NCBI GenBank assembly: GCA_964568675.1
Contig: CAZMQV010000001.1
Span: forward strand, 74,307 to 138,306
DNA from: an uncultured Paludibacter sp.
GTDB taxonomy: Bacteria > Bacteroidota > Bacteroidia > Bacteroidales > Paludibacteraceae
DNA length: 64,000 nt
Direction of reading: 5' to 3'
Part shown: positions 18,403 through 27,783 of the stretch, piece by piece
How the letters are laid out: every line of letters begins with the position of its first letter
How positions within the stretch are numbered: position 1 is the first letter of the stretch
Position numbers and translations under genes: made by a program
Notes under the pieces: generated by a model
Database searches by the model: none
Seen by the model: only the letters and a program-made list of their open reading frames with translations
Told to the model about the DNA's origin: nothing

Positions 18403-19095
18403 TTATTTAATTTTATATCCTACTGTGTAACTCATACTCCAGCCTGAGCCATTCTCAATGCCAAATCCGGGAATATACCAAGGCGTCAGCATTTCGGTTT
18501 TGGTTTTGTTTATCAGGAATTTATGTCTTACATTCCATCCCATATAAATGTTTTTGAAAACATCTACGCGGATTCCTCCAACAATTTCGAACCAAAACTT
18601 GGATGTCGGATCCGATTTCATCTCCAGAGTTTCCGTTCCTCCCCAGTAATTGTCAGTAATACTCAAATTGCTGTATGAATAATTAAATTGGCTCATACCC
18701 AACCTGACGCCTCCAATGGCGTAGTTACTCACATTGTTGGAGTTGACTTTAGGTTTGATTATCGGCACGTCAAGTCCGAGTTTGCCAAATACACCATAAG
18801 ATTTGTATTGAATATCGTTGTCCGCTGTTTTATTTGCCCCACCGGTTCCGGCTTCTATCACCGGAAAGTATTTGTTTTTTAGATTGAGTTGGACATGACC
18901 TTGGAATGCGTATATGCCACTTCCCGGCAATGCCGCTTGCACCAAAGGTGCTACGTCAACCTCCAGCAGTACTCCTTGCCACAGTTTGGTGCTGTCTTTC
19001 ACTTGCACGGGCTTTTTGTTTTGTGCAAACGTAGGAGCAAGATATCCGAAGATGAAAATACTACTTAATGTGATGTAACTTGAGATTCTCGACAT
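18403..19095 (-). CDS. Outer-membrane beta-barrel protein of unknown function (DUF6048-like)
   Basis: 230 aa. Signal peptide ending TFAQ, alternating hydrophobic beta-strand pattern, and a C-terminal YTVGYKIK with an aromatic near the end. Confidence 0.7.
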   Translation of the reverse strand: MSRISSYITLSSIFIFGYLAPTFAQNKKPVQVKDSTKLWQGVLLEVDVAPLVQAALPGSGIYAFQGHVQLNLKNKYFPVIEAGTGGANKTADNDIQYKSYGVFGKLGLDVPIIKPKVNSNNVSNYAIGGVRLGMSQFNYSYSNLSITDNYWGGTETLEMKSDPTSKFWFEIVGGIRVDVFKNIYMGWNVRHKFLINKTKTEMLTPWYIPGFGIENGSGWSMSYTVGYKIK

Positions 19096-19561
19096 GCGTT
19101 GTATTTACGTTTGGTGTTAAGATGGTGATGCTGTCAATGAAATGACCGGTGGTTTGAGCAGATTCAATCGTGTGAGTTCGGATGCTGCCACATTCCAGCG
19201 AAAGCACTTCCACTTTATTCTTATAGTTAATCGTGATGGTGTCAGTTATATCCCCCATTATGAATTGAAATTGCGACGCTTCGGCAAACGGATTGAGCGG
19301 CGCTTTTATGCTGTTTATATCTTTAGAATTGTTGTAGAGAAGCGAATCGGTGCCGATCCCTTGTACGGATAGTGTGCCCAAAGAAATTTTCTGCTCAGTC
19401 CATCTGCCATTAGTTAAGTTGATGGTATCGAGATAAAAACTCATACCTGTTTCTACTTTATTGCTTTTACGGCATGTTTTGTCGTTGCTACACGACACGA
19501 TTGAGCCAATCAACATTGCGATTAGCGTAATTATTACAGTGTATTTTGTTTTTTTCATCAA
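19061..19561 (-). CDS. Lipoprotein of unknown function (DUF6452-like)
   Basis: 166 aa. Lipobox LIGSIVSC-SND. It overlaps the downstream barrel gene by 35 nt and the upstream gene by 4 nt (ATGA). Confidence 0.7.
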   Translation of the reverse strand: MMKKTKYTVIITLIAMLIGSIVSCSNDKTCRKSNKVETGMSFYLDTINLTNGRWTEQKISLGTLSVQGIGTDSLLYNNSKDINSIKAPLNPFAEASQFQFIMGDITDTITINYKNKVEVLSLECGSIRTHTIESAQTTGHFIDSITILTPNVNTTHVENLKLHHIK

Positions 19562-20067
19562 AATAGATCTTTTACTTCCGATTTCAAACTTTGTAGCGCG
19601 GCGCTGAGCGCGGTTTCGTCGGGTGTGTTATATACTTCTATAATAATGGTTGCAAGTTTAGCCGCGGGTTCATCGGCATTGCATTGTATAGCGCAGGTAT
19701 TGACGAGTTGCAACAAGTTGTCGCGCGCATTGTCAATTTCTTCCCAAAGAGCCGCGCTCACGTATATTTGTTGCGAAGTATTGTGCTCGAATTCGCGTCG
19801 TATGTCGTTCAGGAGTTTGGTTTGAAGCTGAAGGCAGTTTTCGTTTATTTCGGTCTTCTGAATCAGCATGTTGTTTGGGTTCACTCTTTCGAGTAAAAGC
19901 GTGAGTCGCTCATACGCTCTTAGTCGGGTAGGAGTGATAATGGGTAAATTAGCCTTCCTAAGCTCCGTATCCCGTTTCTCGCGTTCCATCCTGAAAAGCT
20001 GATACAATAATACATAAACAACTATTACGACGATAAGCGCTGGTAACGTATATTTTAATATTTCCAT
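19558..20067 (-). CDS. N-terminally membrane-anchored helical protein of unknown function
   Basis: 169 aa. One TM (LPALIVVIVVYVLLYQLF) followed by a helical soluble domain. It starts 3 nt after the crcB stop. Confidence 0.7.
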   Translation of the reverse strand: MEILKYTLPALIVVIVVYVLLYQLFRMEREKRDTELRKANLPIITPTRLRAYERLTLLLERVNPNNMLIQKTEINENCLQLQTKLLNDIRREFEHNTSQQIYVSAALWEEIDNARDNLLQLVNTCAIQCNADEPAAKLATIIIEVYNTPDETALSAALQSLKSEVKDLF

Positions 20068-20070
20068 TTT

Positions 20071-20442
20071 TCAGATAAGTTTCGAAATGTTTATTCCACC
20101 AAAAACAGCGAATATTCCACCAACAATACTCAGGATTATATATAAAGCGGAGGTCAGAAATTGTCCGTTCGCTATCAGATTGAAATTTTCATTGGTGAAA
20201 GCGGAAAAGGTTGTAAATCCACCACAAAATCCGGTAATAAGCAGTAATCTGAGTTGACTTGATGGCGCATGAGTGGCAAGCACACCCACTAAAAAACCGA
20301 TCAATAGACTCCCGATGATGTTCACCAAAAATGTACCTGCCGGGAATGAATGAATACTAATTTCGGTATTCAGCTTTGAGATTAAATAGCGTAAAATACT
20401 ACCCAGAAATCCTCCAAATCCAACAAGCAACATCTGTTTCAT
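20071..20442 (-). CDS. crcB: Fluoride ion channel CrcB/FluC
   Basis: 123 aa, 4 TM. GGFLGSILRY and GFCGGFTTFSAF signatures. Confidence 0.9.
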   Translation of the reverse strand: MKQMLLVGFGGFLGSILRYLISKLNTEISIHSFPAGTFLVNIIGSLLIGFLVGVLATHAPSSQLRLLLITGFCGGFTTFSAFTNENFNLIANGQFLTSALYIILSIVGGIFAVFGGINISKLI

Positions 20443-20559
20443 ATATAAAAATCAATTTCTATTTGCATCCTATCCATCGGGCTGTGTCTGTAAGTTCAAA
20501 ATACTTCTGATGAATTAATCCGATTTGTATTGTGTTTTGAAAAATATTGGAGTTGTAAT

Positions 20560-21513
20560 TTACAGCTCTTTTTCAATTTTATAATTATTTCTTTCGGGCG
20601 CGTTTCGTGTTATCAACTCTCCGATAAATCCGGTGAGGAATAATAATGTTCCCAAAATCATCATAGTCAGAGAAATGAAAAAATATGGGCTATCTGTAAC
20701 GAGCGAAGCGGGAATATGATTTGCCAGCGCGTATAGTTTACTCACTCCAACAACTACGATAGCGATAAAACCCAATATAAACATCAAACTTCCCATCAAT
20801 CCGAAGAAGTGCATCGGTTTCTTTCTGAATTTTGATAGAAACCAAAGTGTAAGTAGGTCAAGATAACCATTTACAAAGCGACTTAGTCCGAATTTTGACT
20901 CACCAAATTCCCGTTTGCGATGTGTTACTACTTTTTCTCCAATACGCTTAAAACCGGCAGTTTTAGCCAAGTAGGGTATGTAGCGGTGCATGTCACCAAA
21001 AATTTCAATGTTTTTTACCACTTCATTCCGATAAGCTTTCAACCCACAATTCATATCGTGGAGATAAATGCCTGTAACCTTGCGTGCTGTGGCGTTGTAT
21101 AACTTCGAAGGAAGGTTTTTGGTTAGTTTCGCGTCATAGCGTTTCTTTTTCCAGCCCGAAACCAAATCGTAGTCGCCGGAGCTTACCATATTGAATAGCT
21201 CGGGTATTTCGTCGGGGCTATCTTGCAGATCGGCATCCATCGTGATGACAACATCGCCTTGGGCTTTTTGAAAACCAACGTGCAATGCGGGTGATTTGCC
21301 ATAATTACTTCGAAACTTTACCGCGATGATTTTACCGTCAGATTCTTTTTGAAGCTTTTCGATAACTTGCCATGATTTATCGGTGCTACCATCGTCAATA
21401 AAAATCACTTCATAACTGAATTTGTTAGCATTCATTACGCGTTCGATCCACTCATAAAGCTTCGGAAGCGATTCTTCTTCGTTGTACAGTGGAATTACTA
21501 CAGATATATTCAT
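20560..21513 (-). CDS. GT2-family polyprenyl-phosphate glycosyltransferase (Dpm1/ArnC-like)
   Basis: 317 aa. VVIPLYNEEES, IFIDDGSTDKS, VITMDADLQDSPDEIP (DxD), and two C-terminal TM helices. Confidence 0.9.
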   Translation of the reverse strand: MNISVVIPLYNEEESLPKLYEWIERVMNANKFSYEVIFIDDGSTDKSWQVIEKLQKESDGKIIAVKFRSNYGKSPALHVGFQKAQGDVVITMDADLQDSPDEIPELFNMVSSGDYDLVSGWKKKRYDAKLTKNLPSKLYNATARKVTGIYLHDMNCGLKAYRNEVVKNIEIFGDMHRYIPYLAKTAGFKRIGEKVVTHRKREFGESKFGLSRFVNGYLDLLTLWFLSKFRKKPMHFFGLMGSLMFILGFIAIVVVGVSKLYALANHIPASLVTDSPYFFISLTMMILGTLLFLTGFIGELITRNAPERNNYKIEKEL

Positions 21514-21526
21514 AAGTTTTCAGTTA

Positions 21527-22060
21527 TTAATTTCCTTCAATCTGATTATTGTTTTTATTATTAAACGGGTTGCTCTCCTTTTTTGCAATACCGGCAATCA
21601 CCAGCGCGACAAAAAAACCGATGGTGAAATTACCCCAGATAGATAATAAACTGTAGTTGAGCGGGTCGGTCAACGTTTCAATCGCTTCGTAGCTGTTTTC
21701 GGGCATCGATGGCATGACTTCCTCAACTATTTTCAAAGTATTGTTGAAAATGTCGGACAGATAATCGGGCGCAAAAAAACGAAAGTAAACGAATTTTACT
21801 GCTGCCGAAATGATGGAAGCAAAAAAGAAAAGCATGATAACATATACAAAAGCCTTGGAATAACTGATGCTCCCTCCATTTGTCGTATCGCGGTATGAAA
21901 TTGTAAATTTGTAAACTACAAAAAGTATGACGATTGCCATAAAATTGGAAAGTACACTTAAAATACCGATGTTGCTGGCAGCCATTAAAAAATTTAGTGA
22001 GAATAAACCTCCCAATATCAGCCCGTAATACATGGCTGAGTTGATTAATCGTGATTGCAT
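21527..22060 (-). CDS. DUF4199-like membrane protein
   Basis: 177 aa, 4 TM. It sits directly upstream of the GT2 gene, a pairing I recall as common in Bacteroidota. Confidence 0.65.
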   Translation of the reverse strand: MQSRLINSAMYYGLILGGLFSLNFLMAASNIGILSVLSNFMAIVILFVVYKFTISYRDTTNGGSISYSKAFVYVIMLFFFASIISAAVKFVYFRFFAPDYLSDIFNNTLKIVEEVMPSMPENSYEAIETLTDPLNYSLLSIWGNFTIGFFVALVIAGIAKKESNPFNNKNNNQIEGN

Positions 22061-22213
22061 AATCTGTTGTAATAAATTATCTGCAAAATTACAAAAAAAT
22101 ACGATGAAAAACGTAAGGATTTGACGAATAGATGAAAAATACTCTGTATGTCAGTTTATTCTTGTCTCAATCGAGCAACTTTTAGCGGCGAAATAAACCG
22201 TATATGTCGATAA

Positions 22214-22849
22214 TTATTTTTTTTGAATAAAGCGACACCAAGCGCTTAGTCCGCAGGTTTCGCATTTCGGATTGCGCGCGGTACATGTATATCTGCCGTG
22301 CAATATAAGCCAGTGATGCGCTTTTGGAATCAACATTTTGGGTATATGTTTGATAAGTTCCATTTCGGTTTGCAACGGATTCTTTGAATTTGTAGTTAGC
22401 CCTATTCGCTCCGAAACCCGAAATACATGGGTGTCAACAGCCATTGTCGGTTTGTTGTAAACTACCGATGCGATTACATTCGCCGTTTTACGGCCGACTC
22501 CCGGCAGTTTTTGCAATTCTTCTATTTTGTCGGGTACGACGCCGTCGAAGTCTTGCGTTAGTTTCTGAGCCATTCCTACCAAATGCTTGGATTTGTTGTT
22601 GGGGAATGTAACCGATTTGATGTATTCAAATATCACCTCCGCGTTGGTCGCGGCCATTGCTTCGGGTGTCGGGAAGTCGTTGAGCAATGCAGGAGTAACC
22701 ATATTCACACGTTTGTCGGTGCATTGAGCCGAGAGGATTACTGCGACTAATAGACCAAAGGGGTCGGTGTAGTGTAGTTCGGTTTCAGCTATCGGCATAT
22801 TCGTTTCAAACCAATCAATGGTTTTCGCATATCGTTCTTTTTTTGTCAA
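22214..22849 (-). CDS. nth: Endonuclease III
   Basis: HhH motif LPGVGRKTANVI, catalytic region AVDTHVFRV, and the 4Fe-4S cluster loop CTARNPKCETCGLSAWC. Confidence 0.95.
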   Translation of the reverse strand: MTKKERYAKTIDWFETNMPIAETELHYTDPFGLLVAVILSAQCTDKRVNMVTPALLNDFPTPEAMAATNAEVIFEYIKSVTFPNNKSKHLVGMAQKLTQDFDGVVPDKIEELQKLPGVGRKTANVIASVVYNKPTMAVDTHVFRVSERIGLTTNSKNPLQTEMELIKHIPKMLIPKAHHWLILHGRYTCTARNPKCETCGLSAWCRFIQKK

Positions 22850-22965
22850 TTTCTTTTTTTATTTAGAAATGAAGGTGTAATCGTTGTACAAGCTTCATTA
22901 TCAGGATTGATATTTTATTTTGTACAAAAATAGTAAAAACGGTGCTTAGTCCACTCAATTTTTAT

Positions 22966-22973
22966 TATTTTTG
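22966..22973 (+). promoter_or_regulatory. TAnnTTTG -7 box (TATTTTTG) upstream of ftsK
   Basis: Exact consensus match, 64 nt before the ATG at 23037. Confidence 0.45.
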
Positions 22974-23036
22974 CAGATTATATTAAAATGTAAAAAGATA
23001 AAAAACTAAATACGGAAGACTTAAACCTGCTGAACT

Positions 23037-25499
23037 ATGGCGCCTAAAAAACCTGTTAAAAAGAAAATAATTACACAAAAATCTTCATCGAATCGCACGC
23101 AAGGAAATGGAAGAGGCCTTTTTGGAAATATATTTGCTTTCATCAAGAGCGAAAATACCCACGTGGTGTTGGGTGTTTTGCTTGTCGTGCTGATTATTTT
23201 CTTATTCATGTCATTTTTGTCTTACTTCTTTACCGGCGCTGCCGATAAAAGTATTTTTGATAACTTCTCATTCAAAGAATCACTTGATAATCGTGTCGAT
23301 GCCAAAAACTGGTTTTCGGTAATTGGTGCATTTGTTTCCGAAACTTTTATTGATAATTGGTTTGGCGTTTCGTCATTTGTAATACTTTTTTTCCTCAGTA
23401 TTGTGGCTGTCCGCCTGATAAAAGTGAAATTAATGTCGCTTTGGAAAGCATTCTTTTATTCTTTCTTTTGGCTGATATGGCTTTCGGTGTTTTTAGGATA
23501 TTTGACCGATCTGATTCCTTACATTCAACCTTCATTCTACTCGTTGGGCGGCAAGCATGGTGATTATATAGCTACAGAGGTGCTTAATTCATACATTGGG
23601 CGACCAGGTACTTTTCTGGTATTGATAGCGGTTTTGATAAGCTATTTTGTTATAACCTGGAGTGGCACAGTGGAGTTGTTGCGCGGATTGTTTGTGAGAA
23701 AATCGAAACCGGAAAAAGCCACGGTCAAGAATGCGACAGGCACTTCGGTAGCTGTTGGTACCGAGATTATTCCTGAAGATTGGGTGGTGAGTTCGGCAAC
23801 AGATGATGACGAATTGGTTGAGCCAATTCTTACCAATGAACCGGAGCAGGAAGATGAAATGACAAGCTCTAACGTTGGTTTTGAAGTGAATGTGCCCGAA
23901 AATTCCGATATGCAAGAGGAAGATGAAGATTTAGAAAGCAATGATAAGAATAGCGACCCGAATTATAATGTGGCTTTGTTGGGCAAGTATGACCCTACGT
24001 TAGACTTGTCGCGCTACGTTCCTCCCACTCTTGAACTGCTGAAGCAATACGGCTCGGACAAAACCCTGCCGGTAGATATGATTGAGCAGAATAACAACAA
24101 AAATAGGATTATCACTACGCTTCAGAATTTTGGAATCGAAATCGAATCGATAAAAGCAACAGTGGGACCTACCATCACTTTGTATGAAATCGTCCCAAAA
24201 TCGGGAATACGTATTTCTAAAATCCGTAATCTCGAATCGGACATTATGTTGAGCCTTGCGGCTATCGGTATTCGTATCATCGCGCCGATACCGGGCAAAG
24301 GTACTATCGGTATAGAGGTGCCAAACAACGAGCCTCAAATAGTATCCATGCACTCGGTGTTGGGTTCCAAAAAGTTTCTTGAATCAAAATTTGAGCTTCC
24401 CATAGCCTTTGGAAAAACCATCACCAACGATGTGTTTATCATCGATTTGGCCAAAATGCCTCACTTGTTAGTGGCTGGTGCTACCGGGCAGGGTAAGTCG
24501 GTAGGTTTGAATGCTGTTATCACTTCGCTTCTCTATAAAAAACATCCTGCGCAGCTTAAGTTTGTGTTGATTGACCCCAAAAAGGTGGAGTTTAATATCT
24601 ATGGCGCGATAGAGAAACATTTTTTGGCAAAACTTCCCGATGGTGAAGACGCGATAATCACCGATACTACCAAGGTGGTACAAACGCTCAATTCACTCAC
24701 TGCCGAAATGGATAGTCGCTATGACTTGCTCAAGAAAGCGCATGTGCGCAATATAAAAGAATACAATGAGAAGTTTGTTAACCGCGAATTGAATCCCGAA
24801 AAAGGACATCGGTTTTTGCCATACATTGTGGTGATTGTCGATGAGTTTGGCGATTTGATAATGACTGCCGGCAAGGAGGTCGAAATGCCTATTGCCCGTA
24901 TCGCGCAACTTGCCCGCGCAGTAGGTATTCACATGATTATTGCCACGCAGCGCCCGTCGGTCAATATCATTACCGGTGTAATCAAAGCCAACTTCCCGGC
25001 GCGTGTCGCTTTCCGTGTTTCGTCAATGATAGACTCACGCACCATTCTCGATGCTCCGGGAGCAAATCAGCTTGTTGGGCGGGGCGATATGCTTTTCTCG
25101 CAAGGTAGTGAACTTATTCGTGTGCAATGCGCATTTGTAGATACGCCGGAAGTGGAAGAGATCGCAAATTTCATCGGTCAGCAAAGAGGTTATACCACCG
25201 CATTCTATTTGCCCGAATATGTGGGTAGTGAAACTGAAACTTCCAGTGTGGCTTCGGTGGATATGAGCAAACGCGACCCGATTTTTGAAGAGGCTGCACG
25301 CCTGATAGTTACCACCCAGATAGGCTCAACTTCAAATATACAGCGAAAATTCTCTATCGGGTATAACCGTGCCGGACGCTTGATGGACCAACTTGAAGCA
25401 GCCGGTATTGTTGGTCCCGGCGAAGGTAGCAAACCGCGCCATGTAATGATTCAGACAGAATACGACTTGGAGTTTGTGTTGAAGCAATTGTCTGTATAG
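23037..25499 (+). CDS. ftsK: DNA translocase FtsK
   Basis: 820 aa. N-terminal TM helices and an acidic linker. Walker A LVAGATGQGKS, Walker B IVVIVDEFGDL, and a gamma wHTH domain IQRKFSIGYNRAGRLMDQLEAAGIVGP. Confidence 0.95.
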   Translation: MAPKKPVKKKIITQKSSSNRTQGNGRGLFGNIFAFIKSENTHVVLGVLLVVLIIFLFMSFLSYFFTGAADKSIFDNFSFKESLDNRVDAKNWFSVIGAFVSETFIDNWFGVSSFVILFFLSIVAVRLIKVKLMSLWKAFFYSFFWLIWLSVFLGYLTDLIPYIQPSFYSLGGKHGDYIATEVLNSYIGRPGTFLVLIAVLISYFVITWSGTVELLRGLFVRKSKPEKATVKNATGTSVAVGTEIIPEDWVVSSATDDDELVEPILTNEPEQEDEMTSSNVGFEVNVPENSDMQEEDEDLESNDKNSDPNYNVALLGKYDPTLDLSRYVPPTLELLKQYGSDKTLPVDMIEQNNNKNRIITTLQNFGIEIESIKATVGPTITLYEIVPKSGIRISKIRNLESDIMLSLAAIGIRIIAPIPGKGTIGIEVPNNEPQIVSMHSVLGSKKFLESKFELPIAFGKTITNDVFIIDLAKMPHLLVAGATGQGKSVGLNAVITSLLYKKHPAQLKFVLIDPKKVEFNIYGAIEKHFLAKLPDGEDAIITDTTKVVQTLNSLTAEMDSRYDLLKKAHVRNIKEYNEKFVNRELNPEKGHRFLPYIVVIVDEFGDLIMTAGKEVEMPIARIAQLARAVGIHMIIATQRPSVNIITGVIKANFPARVAFRVSSMIDSRTILDAPGANQLVGRGDMLFSQGSELIRVQCAFVDTPEVEEIANFIGQQRGYTTAFYLPEYVGSETETSSVASVDMSKRDPIFEEAARLIVTTQIGSTSNIQRKFSIGYNRAGRLMDQLEAAGIVGPGEGSKPRHVMIQTEYDLEFVLKQLSV

Positions 25500-25610
25500 A
25501 ACTCCACGAACTTTCATCTGAAAAATTATTAAAAATCGAGTTGTGGCACACAAGTTGTATTCTTCTGTGTCAAATAACTTATGTAAATCAAAAATAATAA
25601 TCAAAAAACA

Positions 25611-26243
25611 ATGAAGAAGATATTTTATTTACTCTTTGCTTCGGGATTCCTGTTTGCATCTCTGCCGGCGCAGTCGGATAAAGCGGCAGTAAAAATTGTG
25701 GAAGATATGGCATTCATTTTACAAAAAAATGCTGTACAAACCAATTTTAGCATGACAGTGAAGCAAGGTTCGTCAACTCAAAAGATGAGTGGCGCGTTTG
25801 TGATGCAGGGAAATAAGTTTGCGTTGAACACTTCGGAAATGAAAGTATATTTCGACGGATCAACTCAATGGGCTTATTCTCCGGATATTAATGAAGTATC
25901 CATCTCCAATCCCACCGAAAAAGAACTTGCGGAAACAAATCCTTTGGCAATTCTGAGTAGTTATAAAGCTAAATCGACAATACGTTTTGCAAAAAAACAG
26001 GATGATAAGTCGGCACATCTCATCTCGCTGACACCGTCGGCAAAAAATGCTGAGTTTAAGTTGATGCAGGTTAAGATAGCAAAACTAACGAATTATCCGC
26101 TGTTGCTCCAACTTACTGATAAAAAGGGTAATGTGAGCACGATATCTTTATCCCAATTCAGAAAAGGGGTGAAAACAAGCAAGGATACATTCACCTTCAA
26201 ACCTTCTCTCTATAAAGATATAGAAATTAATGATTTGAGATAA
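25611..26243 (+). CDS. LolA-like outer-membrane lipoprotein carrier protein
   Basis: 210 aa. Signal peptide MKKIFYLLFASGFLFASLPAQS. Size and position immediately after ftsK match the conserved ftsK-lolA synteny. Confidence 0.7.
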   Translation: MKKIFYLLFASGFLFASLPAQSDKAAVKIVEDMAFILQKNAVQTNFSMTVKQGSSTQKMSGAFVMQGNKFALNTSEMKVYFDGSTQWAYSPDINEVSISNPTEKELAETNPLAILSSYKAKSTIRFAKKQDDKSAHLISLTPSAKNAEFKLMQVKIAKLTNYPLLLQLTDKKGNVSTISLSQFRKGVKTSKDTFTFKPSLYKDIEINDLR

Positions 26244-26257
26244 ATTCATATTTTGAT

Positions 26258-26280
26258 TACTTTTGCATCAGATATATTTG
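26258..26280 (+). promoter_or_regulatory. Two tandem TAnnTTTG -7 boxes (TACTTTTG 26258-26265; TATATTTG 26273-26280) upstream of trxB
   Basis: Both are exact consensus matches in the 90-bp gap before the ATG at 26333. Confidence 0.45.
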
Positions 26281-26332
26281 CGGAAACGCATTGATTAAGC
26301 AACTGAAATCAAACAATAAAAATATTAGTAAA

Positions 26333-27274
26333 ATGAACGAAAAACAACGATGCCTTATTATTGGCTCAGGTCCGGCTGGTTATACCGCCGCAATCTATGC
26401 CGCACGTGCAAATTTATCCCCCGTATTGTATGAGGGACTTCAACCGGGAGGTCAGCTGACCACCACCACGGAAGTAGAAAATTTTCCGGGTTATCCCGAA
26501 GGAATTACCGGACCGGAGTTGATGGAGGATTTGAAAAAACAAGCAATGAGATTTGGTACTGATGTGCGTTATGGCTTGGCTACTGCAGCCGACCTTTCGG
26601 CAGCGCCCTATAAGATTACGATTGATAATGAGAAAGTAATCGAGGCGGAGACGGTAATTATCTCTACCGGAGCCACTGCAAAGTATCTTGGCATTCCCGA
26701 TGAAACAAAATACTCGGGTGCTGGCGTTTCAGCATGTGCCACTTGCGATGGCTTTTTCTATCGCAACATGAAAGTGGCTGTGGTTGGTGGCGGCGATACT
26801 GCGGCTGAAGAAGCAAGTTATTTGGCTAATATCGCGTCGAAAGTCTATTTGATAATTCGCAAAGACTATATGCGCGCTTCGAAAATCATGCAGGAACGTG
26901 TGTTGAACAATCCTAAAATTGAAGTGCTTTTTGAACATGAAACCCTTGGGCTTACCGGCGAAAAAGTGGTACAAGGAATTGACCTGGTAAAACGTAGAGG
27001 AAAAGCAGATGAAGAGAAAGTTCATTATGAAATCGATGGCTTTTTCCTTGCTATCGGACATCAACCCAATTCAGACATTTTCAAACCCTATGTGGAAACT
27101 GATGAAGTGGGATATGTTAAAACCATCCCAGGTACTCCACGTACAATTGTACCCGGTGTTTTTGCTGCAGGCGATGTTGCAGACCCGCATTATCGTCAGG
27201 CTGTTACGGCTGCTGGTACCGGTTGCATGGCGGCAATAGAAGCTGAAAGATATTTGACTGAAAAAGGACTCTAA
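26333..27274 (+). CDS. trxB: Thioredoxin-disulfide reductase
   Basis: IIGSGPAGYTAAIYAAR (FAD), redox-active CATCDG, VVGGGDTAAEEA (NADPH), GVFAAGDV. I prefer the ATG at 26333 (MNEKQRCLIIGSGPAG) over the ORF-track TTG at 26291. Confidence 0.95.
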   Translation: MNEKQRCLIIGSGPAGYTAAIYAARANLSPVLYEGLQPGGQLTTTTEVENFPGYPEGITGPELMEDLKKQAMRFGTDVRYGLATAADLSAAPYKITIDNEKVIEAETVIISTGATAKYLGIPDETKYSGAGVSACATCDGFFYRNMKVAVVGGGDTAAEEASYLANIASKVYLIIRKDYMRASKIMQERVLNNPKIEVLFEHETLGLTGEKVVQGIDLVKRRGKADEEKVHYEIDGFFLAIGHQPNSDIFKPYVETDEVGYVKTIPGTPRTIVPGVFAAGDVADPHYRQAVTAAGTGCMAAIEAERYLTEKGL

Positions 27275-27290
27275 GATAATAAATCGTTTT

Positions 27291-27348
27291 TCATCCCCAC
27301 AAAAAAAAGAAGCGACAATTTTGTCGCTTCTTTTTTTTGTGGGGATGA
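27291..27348. terminator. 58-bp perfect palindrome acting as a bidirectional terminator between trxB (+) and the small DNA-binding gene (-)
   Basis: The 28-nt arm TCATCCCCACAAAAAAAAGAAGCGACAA (27291-27318) and its exact reverse complement (27321-27348) are separated by TT. Confidence 0.8.
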
Positions 27349-27372
27349 TTCTTATCGAATCATTTTTTTTAA

Positions 27373-27636
27373 TTATAGATTTTTGATATACTCTTCACCA
27401 AGTATCCGATATGCGGTGTTGAGAATGATGGTGTCGTCAAGCGCTACTATCCCGCCGTTAGGTCCCGGTTCGATATGCAGTCCAACACTTTTGCCGTCTT
27501 TGTAGTCGGAGCCTCCGAAGTAATTCTTCACTGTTTCTTTTTCCAGACCAAGTTCTTCGGCAATCTTGGTCATACTCCCGCTTGGCAGTGCATCTTTTAC
27601 TTTTCGTAAATCGTTGAATGATATTGTCTTACTCAT
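27373..27636 (-). CDS. Small putative DNA-binding (HTH) protein
   Basis: 87 aa. The HTH-like segment GSMTKIAEELGLEKETVKNYF is a weak call, made from pattern only. Confidence 0.55.
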   Translation of the reverse strand: MSKTISFNDLRKVKDALPSGSMTKIAEELGLEKETVKNYFGGSDYKDGKSVGLHIEPGPNGGIVALDDTIILNTAYRILGEEYIKNL

Positions 27637-27783
27637 GTTTAAATGTATTTTATGGTTAATAACTTAGTTGCTTTTATTTTGTTGATAAACTTAGTACAAA
27701 GTTTTTGAATATCCAAGAAAATCAAAGAAAATTTACAAAGATTATTGTAAATTTATGATAGATTGTTTGCATGTTGATGATTT

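Noticed and set aside
20443-20559. Possible fluoride (crcB-motif) riboswitch upstream of crcB
   Set aside because: The minus-strand leader contains CCCGAUGGAUAGG, which loosely resembles the GGCGAUGG core. The matching pseudoknot and CUGAUGA..CCUAC half is not present on the same strand, and no P1 pairing can be drawn. crcB may be read through from the upstream GT2 gene.
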